Assembly: GCA_951406725.2 (NCBI GenBank)
Contig: OX597814.1
Span: 225,184,001-225,248,000, forward strand
DNA: 64,000 nucleotides
Direction: 5' to 3'
Source: Octopus vulgaris
Lineage: Eukaryota
Both the position numbers and the translations under genes were made by a program. The notes below the pieces were generated by a model. That model did no database searches. It had not been told where the DNA came from and saw nothing but the letters and a program-made list of their open reading frames with translations. Positions 53,909-64,000 of the stretch are shown here, in pieces; the first letter of the stretch is position 1, and each line of letters begins with the position of its first letter.

Positions 53909-55122
53909 GGACAGACAGAGGCAAAGATGGAGTATGTATTTGTGTATGTAGAATGAACGTATCTAACGTATCTGTGTACGCACATATAAACAGAGGCGTG
54001 TAAAATGGACATACGACGCACTTTTGTACGCAGAGATATACTCTGAATGAATATATTAAACTGAAACAAAATAAAAGAGAAAGAAAAAATGATCACAAAT
54101 AACATCAAAAGTAGAAAACTGGTCTTTGAAGTGAACTCTGCCCTATCAGCACGGTTTTCAAATAAAAAAATGATCGTCAAAATAATTTGCATTTCCATTG
54201 AGTAACCTTCAGCCAACGAACAAACTAACAGCTGTTCTGTTACGTTTCCATCTTACTCTCTTACTGACGATTGATTTAAAAACTAGCTACGCCACGACCG
54301 TAGCACTCATGTATACGTGCACGGCGCACTATATTGTGTTTAACTCTTTAGAATTAATCACAGCGTTTCGTAATTAATTGCACACACTACACCGTTTGCT
54401 GTATTTATTTGGTACATACGATAAAAGAAATAACTTCTGTTTGAAATGTGTGTTTGGTTTTATTATGCGACAAATATTGTTTTGGTTTATTTTCGTCGTT
54501 GTTCTTGTTTTTAAGTATTCGTTATTTTAGAATCCATCATTCATCATCTAAATAATATCATTTTTTTTTTCGTTATACATTATCATTACTGCATGTCTTT
54601 TGTTTTGTGTTTGATATAATCATTATTAGATGTTGTGATGGAAGTGGCAGAGTTCAGCTGATCAGGAGAATATATCTGCTGCCAACAAACAAATCCAAAC
54701 GATGTTTTGGGGGGATGCTGTAGTTAACGGTACGCAGGTAGTCGCCTAAGCTGAAATATCATCACAGACACAGAATCTTGGACGACTACGGCGACGATAG
54801 TGAACAGGTGCGTGCCTTAAGTTGTGACACGTCATTCCGTGGCACGTTTCTTTCGCAGAGCAGCATTCCTGGCTCAAGGACAACCCGATGCTGGGAGTTA
54901 AGCACCAGATGTCCACTGCACTCTGCCAGTCTGGCAATGCAGTCTGTAGAAATTCAACACTGGCATTCCACAGTCGATAAGTGGAAGGCATGAGTAACGA
55001 TGACCTGGGAGAGATTCTGAGTGTCAGCTAATGAATAGTCTGCGTAACGTTTTCTAGAAGACTTTCAAGTTGGGGATTATGGACAATTTCCAAATGTCCT
55101 TTATTCTGATAATTCTATAGAG

Positions 55123-55474
55123 CAGTAGTTTATATATATATATTTGTTTTTTTCTATAGACCCCTTTGATTACTGTTTTATTCTGGTCGATCCCCATAAC
55201 CGTTTGATGTTTAAAACTAGTTTTATAGAAATTCCTTTCAAGATTCCTATTTTGTTTTTTGCTCACATTAACATTTGTTGGTTGAACTAAGTAAAATATT
55301 AGGGGAAAAAACCTAGTTGTTTCTTGTTAAACATACTCATACATCTGAAACAAAAATTTTCAAGGGCCCTTAAATTACTATTGTGCATCCCCAATGTACT
55401 ATTTTGTTACGTGGACCCCCAAAAACCTCATATGGGACCCCAAGGGCGAAATGGATCCTGGTTGAGAACCACTG
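55123..55474. mobile_element. hAT MITE, same family as 50499-50792
   Basis: Right TIR GTTGAGAACCACTG; degenerate left CAGTAGTT; TSD CTATAGAG/CTATAAAG. Confidence 0.8.
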
Positions 55475-55677
55475 CTATAAAGGAAGGGTGCTGACTTTAC
55501 TTGTTCTAAATTTGCATCATAGATATGTTTATGTTGGAGATACTCGCAACTGAGGAAAGCGATGGAAATTCTGGCGGTTAATAAATTCTACAGAAGTGGG
55601 TGGAAGTGTCAAATTTCTCATGGTTAAATGGGATTCTTCTATCTATGTCACTGTACTTTAGTATAGTTTCTATATCT

Positions 55678-55903
55678 ATTTCTTTACTACCCACAAGGGG
55701 CTAAACACAGGGGGGACAAACAAGGACAGACAAACGGATTAAGTTGATTATATCGACCCCAGTGCGTAACTGGTACTTATTTAATCGACCCCGAAAGGAT
55801 GAAAGGCAAAGTCGACCTCGGCGGAATTTGAACTCAGAACGTAACGGCAGACGAAATACCACTGAGCATTTCGCCCGGCGTGCTAACGTTTCTACCAGCT
55901 CGA
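55678..55903 (-). mobile_element. SINE family A
   Basis: Near identical to 22937-23167. Confidence 0.9.
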
Positions 55904-55988
55904 CCAAAGTACAGCAGGTATAGGCAACACTTTTTGGGGAGTGGGCCAAATGAGACATGGCTTATCATCAGGCGGGCTGCACTGCTGA

Positions 55989-56323
55989 GACCCCCTTCGG
56001 TCATGACTGACCGTGGAATTGCACCTAGAAAGTTACCCTCCCAGGCACAAGTCCGGGCAAGGTTGTTTATGGAAGTCGCCCATGCATACCAACCTCCCCT
56101 GTGTACGCCACCAGTGTTATCCAAGGGAAAGGCAAAGGGGCCGATACAGCTTGGCACCTGTGACGTCGCAACTCATTTCTACAGCTGAGTGAAGTGGAGC
56201 AACTAAAATAAAGTGTCTTGCTCAAGAACACATCACACAGCCCGGTCCGGGATTCGAATGCACAATCTCGCAATCGTAATATCGACACTCTAACCACTGA
56301 GCCATGCGCTCTAACCACTGAGC
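55989..56323 (-). mobile_element. SINE family D head with a third tail type, 23-bp TSD
   Basis: TSD CATCAGGCGGGCYGCACTRCTRA at 55966-55988 and 56324-56346. Confidence 0.85.
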
Positions 56324-56588
56324 CATCAGGCGGGCCGCACTACTAAAAGAAATTTCAAAGTAATTTTTCTTTAGGTGTGCCATTCAGATAATCATATCGG
56401 TCACAATTTGTCCATGACTAATATAGAGAAAACACTTACCGTTGGTGTTACCCAGGATTGTGTAGAGAGTGTCCATGAATTTTTTTATACATGCTTCCAC
56501 CTGCCCATTTTGGAGAATCCCCTTTTTTTGCTATATTGTTATTGGTTTTCTTATTATTATTTGCTGTCAATTTATTAATGTCTTTTGA

Positions 56589-56770
56589 AAGCGGCGAGCT
56601 GGCAGAGTGGTTAGCACGCCTGGTGAAATGCTTAGCAGTATTTCGTCTATCTTTATGTTCTGAGTTCAAACTCCGCCGAGGTCGACTTTGCCTTTCATCC
56701 TTTCGGAGTCGAGAAATTAAGTGCCAGTTGCGTACTGGGATCAATCTAATCGACTGGCCCCTCCCCCAAA
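56589..56770 (+). mobile_element. SINE family A
   Basis: Head GCGGCGAGCTGGCAGAG and core TTTGCCTTTCATCCTTTCGG. Confidence 0.88.
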
Positions 56771-56899
56771 AAGAATTTATTAATGTCTTTACTCATTAAT
56801 GAACTCAACCTGTGAAACTCGAGGAAAATTTCCCATTGTTTTCTCTTTGATGTTTACATTTGTAGCTTACCTTCAGGTCTTACCCGATAAAGTAATTTA

Positions 56900-57126
56900 G
56901 GCGGCGAGCTGACTGAATCGTTAGCATGCCGGGTAAAATGCTTCGGTAGTACGCTGGCTGTTGCAGGCGCCGCCCCTTACGTTCTGAGTTCAAATTCCGT
57001 CGATGTCGACTTCGCTTTTCATCTTTACGGGGTCGATAAATTAAGTACTAGTAAAACACTGGGGTCGATGTAATCGACTCATTCCTTCTTCCAAAATGGC
57101 TGCCCTTGTGGCAAAATTTGAAACCA
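56900..57126 (+). mobile_element. SINE family A
   Basis: Head and core as above; a further degenerate copy follows to about 57330. Confidence 0.82.
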
Positions 57127-59149
57127 TTATTATTATTATTATTACTATTATTATTATTATAGAGTTTCTTTCGGTATTCCAGCTTTTTACGGTCTGAATT
57201 CAAATCCTCCTGAAGCTGACTTTGTTATTCTTGTTTCCGCTGTCGTTGAAATAAAGTATCGGTCAAGCACTGGAATCGAAGTATCCGACCAACACACCTC
57301 CCCTCAAAATGCTAGCCTTAGCCTAAACTGAGAACAATGATCATTGCTGATGATATAGCACGGCTCCGGGGCAGAATCGGATTTACCATATTCGATTAGG
57401 AGACATTTTATTTATTTCATTTTGAGGCGGTAAAAAAACATTGCGCCTGGACGTTTTTTAGTATTTCATATTTTCGAAAACTTAGTTTATTAGTATTTTG
57501 ATATGGCTTCCTTTCGTGAAGCAGGGAGCGGTGCTAACCACAAACCACATAACGGCGAATATGTCCACAAAATTAAATTCGAAAACAGTTAGACATTTTT
57601 TAGAGAAAAAAAAAAAAGAAATGATAAAAAGAAAAGAATAAGTGAAGATGGTGAAGACGTCAATTTTCAAAACGAATGGAACGACAGAATTCCATTGTCT
57701 GCGAGAGTTGTGAGTTAGAAAGAAATATCGAGCATGAATTAGCCACTGGAAAAATTCAATGTTGGAGAAATATGTCACAAAAGAGCTCTTCTTCCCCAAG
57801 AAAAGGGCAAGGAAAACAGTGACATTGCTCTATTTCTCGAAAAACAAAGGATGACTTCTATATATCCTCAAATGACCAATCAGAGAAAGCGTTGGTCAAT
57901 GTGTGGTGTGATGTGTGTTCTGTTAACGGTGATTAGGCGTATGGAAGTGTGTGCCTCGTTGTTAAGACTGACGATGAGGTGAGAAAACAAGTGGAGCTAG
58001 TGCGGCACACACACATACTCGCAATAGAAAGCCATTCGATCACTTTCTGAAATATTGGTGCAATATTGACCCTTGGTTCTTCGTCGTCTCTGCAGAATAG
58101 TACAGCTAGGTTGTGAATGTCGATATATATATAGTCAGGCGAGATCCCAATGGACATACAGGTTCTGATGATAAAACTAAGACCACGAGGTTACCCTGAA
58201 GTTGTACCCTATGCATGGATAGTGGTACAGATTGGGTGGCGTCACAAGGGCATTACCCTTAGATGTTCATGATTTTGGGGGAATAGGAACCATGACTGCA
58301 CCGCTGTCAATGTATCACAGGTTACAACTCCGAGGACAGTTAAGGCGAAAGAAATCGCCTCGTCCTCAATACCAGAGACACAAAGGACGACGGAGAATTA
58401 GATCACCCGGAAGCTGTCCTCCTCAAACAAAGCGCCAGTCAAGGGTCACGTTCATCATCACCACACTATCATTTTACTACAAGGGGGTGGATGAACACTT
58501 AAGCGGTGTGTAAAACTATCGCATATAGCTTCAAAGGAAAAGAGGAACAAAAATAGAATGTACTATGCCTGATCGAAAACAAGAATAACGCCCAAAGAGG
58601 AAATGACACCCGACGAGGGCCTCGACTTGAAGGCGATCCGAAAGGGGAACAATGATCCACCCGATTTAGTTATAAAGCTGCACGAAGAATCAATTAGCTA
58701 ATTAATGGCAAGATAAAGAACCGGTTCAAGGTTTCTGTAGATAACAGGCTTTATTTTTTATAAAGACCACTTTGGCAGTTTATCAACGTGTGTGGTACTC
58801 TTCCCAATGGATGTCAAGTGCTTCAAGGCTCAGCTGCGGTCAGAAGTGCTCATGGTCATTTTCCGTAGTACCAGTCTCTAGTACAAGGACTAAAAGGTCT
58901 CCTCTAAGTGAAGGTTCCTTTGTGTGTGGTAATTTGTCTGTATTTGTTCAAATTCTAAATATGCCTTAAAATTTGTGTTACACTTTTGCTCCACCATCGT
59001 ATCTATGTACATAGATGCCAACAAACCAACACACAGATACACACTCAGACACAAACGTGCGCTCGCACCACGTTCTATAAACTCGTCGTAATATGTTTTG
59101 TTGGAGTTACTAGGACCTTGTGGCAAATATAGGGAAAGTATTATTATTC

Positions 59150-59490
59150 AAAATACTCCTAGATTGACTTTGCCTTTCATCCTTTCGAAGTCGATAAAAT
59201 TTAAGTATCAGTTAGGGACAGGAGTCGATGTAATGGACTTACCCTCTCCACCGAAATTGCTGGCCTTGTGTCAAAATTTTAAAACCGGCTGAATCGTTAG
59301 CACTCCGGTCGAAATGTTTCGCGGCATTTCGTCCGTCTTTACGTTCTGAGTTCAAATTCCGCCGTAGTCGACTTCGCCTTTCATCCTTTCGGGACCGATG
59401 AAAGTAATAAGTACCAGTTGAACACTTGGGTCGATGTAACCGACGAGTCACCTCCCCCAAAATTACAGGCCTCGTGCCTTTAGTAGAAAG
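59150..59490 (+). mobile_element. Two adjacent partial SINE family A copies
   Basis: Core GCCTTTCATCCTTTCG occurs twice. Confidence 0.8.
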
Positions 59491-59818
59491 GTTTGTTATT
59501 ATTATTTTAGTAGTAGTAGTAGTGGTGGTGGTGGTGGTGGTGATGGTGGATGCAGTGGTGGTAGCGGTGGTAGTCGTTACTGTTCTATTTAAAGCATTCT
59601 GTTTGTTTCCTCTCCATAATCTACCTGTGTGGATGGCCACGTAAAAAGAAACGGAAAGCGCATGTACGCGCGCGCGCGCATCGCATGCAGTCCACACAAG
59701 ACCATACGCTGATACATGTTGGTTCGTGTGTCTGTGTGTGTATGTGTGTGTGGGGGTGTGCGTGCGAGCGTATGTGTTTGTGTATGTGTTTGTGTTCGCC
59801 TCAACATAGAATCGTGTG

Positions 59819-59861
<43 letters not shown>

Positions 59862-59989
59862 CGTATGGTTCCATTATATTTACCGATTTGCCCTTTCTAA
59901 TGTGGGAAGAACTGCTGGATAAGAGTTGATGAGGAAACTACGAAGATCTCCCTAAAAACAGGATCTCCCGGAAACAAGGGAGAAAATCA

Positions 59990-60332
59990 TGTCTGTGTGT
60001 GAGTGTGTATGTATGTATGTTTGTGTGTATGTATGTATGTATGTGTGTATGTTTGTGTGTATGTATGCATGTGTGTATGTGTGTATGTACGTATGTGTGT
60101 ATATATGCATGTGTGTGTGTATGTATGTAACTATGTATGTATGTATGTATGTTTGTGTGTATGTATGCATGTGTGTATGTATGTATGTATGTATGTACGT
60201 ATGTATGTATGTTTGTGTGTATGTATGTACGTATGTATGTATGTTTGTGTGTATGTATGCATGTGTGTATGTATGTATGTATGTATGTATGTATGTACGT
60301 ATGTATGTATGTTTGTGTGTATGTATGTGTGT
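59990..60332. repeat. (TATG)n/(TG)n compound microsatellite
   Basis: Direct reading. Confidence 0.95.
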
Positions 60333-61704
60333 AAGTATAAGTACAAAGTGAGTGGGTGGGTGAGAGCCACGCAACAATAATCCCAGTTTGCGGGGTAAGC
60401 TTCTTGCTTCTGGTCTATTAGCTTAGATACCAGCTTAGATGAGGGTCGCAGTAAAGCAGAACCGAATGGAATGGATAAATCCAATATTTCGCATAAGACA
60501 GAGAGAGAGAGCGAGAGAGAAAGAAAGAGAGAGCGATAGTAAGTGAGTGAATGAATGAGTGAGTGAGAGAGAGAGAGAGAGAAGAAACGAAGGAGAGTGA
60601 AAGAGAAATATCGAGTAAAAATCCTCAATATGTACCAGTAATTTACGTGTGTCAGTTGATTCAAAAAGCGATATAGCTTTTTATTCCATTTACAAAAACG
60701 GGTTTGTCCTTACCAAAGGACTCCCAACCATTTTCGTTATTATCGTTGTTGTTGTTGTTGTTGTGTAGAATGTTCATTAAAATTTACGATGTTGTTATTA
60801 GGTTCGTTTCCTTCTTTCTTCGAATCGTTTTTGTTGTTTTGTTTTATGCGAACAGCTTGCTTCTTTTCATCTTCTTCCTGTTTCAATCCTATTTCTATTT
60901 TTCTTTCTTTTTCTCTTCCCCTCTCTGCTCTGTCTTTCTCTCTCTCTCTCTCTCTCTTCATCTCATTCTCTCTTTCTCGTTTGTAGACGTTTCACTGATA
61001 TTTGTATTCCTACACTTATGAATATTAATGAGCTCCAAACACTATATATTCACATCTCGCAAGCCAGTTGTGGCTTTTTTTCTAGAAAGCAGTCGCAGTT
61101 GAGTGTCGGACGAAACAGAAGCACACAAGTCGGTCAATGCTGTAAATACTTTGTACTTTTTTACCGAAAACAGAAGGGGGCGACAGAGTTGTGTGATTTG
61201 CTCTTACGAACCACCAAAAAAAAAAAAAAAGAAACAGACACTAACAACACCAATTGTACTACTACTATTACCAAAACAATCATATAACTTTCAATCAGAA
61301 ATTTTAATATATACATATATATATAACATATATATATATATATGATATATATATACGATATATATCTACACATACAATATCATAAATACTCAACACAGCT
61401 GGAAACATACTTAAACAGCTTTTAAAAAAAAAACCCATTCGCTCTACATTACAAGGTAAGTTGGCAAAAAAAAAAAAAATTGAAGACGTACGGAAGGTGT
61501 GAAATGTTTGTAAAATACGGACATCAAAATATATTTAAGCAAGCGCACACGTACACATACTTGCGAAAGGTGAAGAATTTAAGGGATGCGCCACATATAT
61601 ACACGCATTTCGGAACATCGCGAAAAAAGGAAAGAAAAAAAAACCTCTTCATTTTCTTATGATATCGCATAAGTTTAGGAGTTCACCATTCTGTATGTGT
61701 ATAT

Positions 61705-61740
61705 GATTATATATATATAAATATATATTCATATATATAT

Positions 61741-61791
<51 letters not shown>

Positions 61792-61853
61792 TAATATATA
61801 TATATATATAATATATATAATATATATATATATATAATATATATATATATATA

Positions 61854-61926
<73 letters not shown>

Positions 61927-62274
61927 ATATCTGTATAGCAATATCTATCTATCTATCTATATATATATATCTGTTTTATATATATATATATATGTATGTA
62001 TATACATACGTGTGACATATATGCATGTATGTATATGAAAACGAGTGTCACTGAATCGATTCTCAAACTGTTTGTATTGTCCTGTCAGCTGTCTCTCATC
62101 CTGTTGATATGTACAATTCCCGTTAGCGATCTATAATCCAGTTGATATATATATATATATACATATATGTGTGGGTGTGTGTGTTTGTGTATTTATATGT
62201 ATGTATATGTATGTATATATATGTGTGTATGTCTATATATGTATATATATATATGTGTGTATGTGTAGATATGT

Positions 62275-62306
<32 letters not shown>

Positions 62307-62487
62307 GTATATATGTATGTGTATATATGTATGTGTATATATGTATGTATATATATATGTGTATATATGTATGTGTATATATGTATGTGTATATATGTAT
62401 ATATGTATATATACATGTATATGTATGTATGTGTATATATGTATGTATATATATGTATGTATGTGTATATATGTATGTATATATATG

Positions 62488-62519
<32 letters not shown>

Positions 62520-62801
62520 TATATATGCATGTATATATGTATATGCATGTATATATGTATATGCATGTATATATGTATATGCATGTATATATGTATATGC
62601 ATGTATATATGTATGTATATATATATATATATATGCATGTATATATGTATATGTATATATGTATGTATATATATATATATATACATTTATGTATATGTGT
62701 ATATATCTATGTATATATATGTATGTATATGTGTATATATCTATGTATATATATGTATGTATATGTGTATATATCTATGTATATATATGTATGTATATGT
62801 G

Positions 62802-62832
<31 letters not shown>

Positions 62833-62992
62833 GTGTATATATGTATGTATATGTGTACATATATATATATGTGTATGTATATGTATACATACATGTATGT
62901 GAACGTATATATATGTTTGAATATATATATATATGTATATATATATGTGTGTTTATATGTATGTGCATGTGTATATATATGTATGTATATGC

Positions 62993-63024
<32 letters not shown>

Positions 63025-63045
63025 GTATATATATGTGTGTGTGTA
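61705..63045. repeat. Large (TA)n/(TG)n low-complexity block
   Basis: Direct reading; source of the long spurious Y/I/M/V/C ORFs. Confidence 0.95.
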
Positions 63046-63129
63046 TTCGCACCTCGCACGCATTTCCTATTTCAACATTTCCTTCTCAATTACACGTTTG
63101 CAAGTGCCCTTTATCAGACTCTCTCTATG

Positions 63130-63232
63130 TGCGTGTGTGTGCATATGCTCGCGTGTGTGTGTGCATATGCTCGCGCGTGTGTGTGTGCATATGCTCGCGC
63201 GTGTGTGTGTGCATATGCTCGCGCGTGTGTGC
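63130..63232. repeat. 22-24 bp tandem repeat GTGTGTGTGCATATGCTCGCGC, 4 copies
   Basis: Direct reading. Confidence 0.9.
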
Positions 63233-63595
63233 AGATGTTGTAGTACAGGTCAATGGCCGAAGCTAATCAATAATAGGTGAGAATACATTAAACTGCAAAC
63301 TCATGATATTCCTTTTAATATATGATAATTTTGTTGTTTTTCCTTTTTTTTTTTTCTACCCGATTTGAAATCTAGCAAATAGAAGCAGATAATTATTCCT
63401 GTTGCTAAGTGTTGGGTGTATCGCTTCTTGCTTTCGCACATCGGGACTGATTCCTCAGTAGCACCAGAAACTGCGTTGCCGTTTTAAAATGGAACTAAGT
63501 TCGTCTGACACTCACTTTCTCCTCTCTCTTTTCGCTTCTCCCGTCTCTTTTTTCCCGTTGTCTCCTTTGATCTTTCTCTTCTCTCTCTCTCCCTT

Positions 63596-63830
<235 letters not shown>

Positions 63831-63955
63831 TATATATGAATATCAGGGTAAAAAAGGGGGCGAAAAGGGTTTTTCTTTTTTTAAGATCCGGACATATTTT
63901 TCAAAAAGAAACGTAAAAACATTATTTAAATGAATATTCTTCAACAACTACACTG

Positions 63956-63994
<39 letters not shown>

Positions 63995-64000
63995 CACGGA

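Noticed and set aside
57900-58750. GC-balanced region with CCAAT motif and basic ORF (promoter or gag-like)
   Set aside because: No diagnostic domain, LTR or TSD visible
62123-63280. Long ORFs up to 374 aa
   Set aside because: Translations of TA/TG microsatellite, which lacks stop codons; the same applies at 53 kb and 60 kb

Overview
AT-rich, microsatellite-saturated animal DNA with no recognisable host protein-coding gene. It is probably intronic or intergenic octopus (coleoid cephalopod) DNA, inferred from the tRNA-derived SINE families. Nearly all listed ORFs are microsatellite artefacts. Transposable elements found: a near-full-length CR1-like LINE (13.5-17.8 kb) plus a 3' fragment; fossils of Tx1/L1, R4/Dong, Gypsy and Penelope elements; two Helitrons; hAT and mariner MITEs; and more than 20 SINE copies in about four families. 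The most interesting unannotated signal is a set of short, mutually unrelated elements in or beside (TA)n tracts that carry type I hammerhead-ribozyme motifs (Penelope pLTR or retrozyme-like). One such family shows a compensatory base pair between two copies. Also notable are a 184-bp SINE concatemer with an ABAB higher-order pattern and a junction shared with another locus, and a ~1 kb SINE inverted duplication able to form long dsRNA. All calls were made by eye; coordinates of degenerate elements are approximate.
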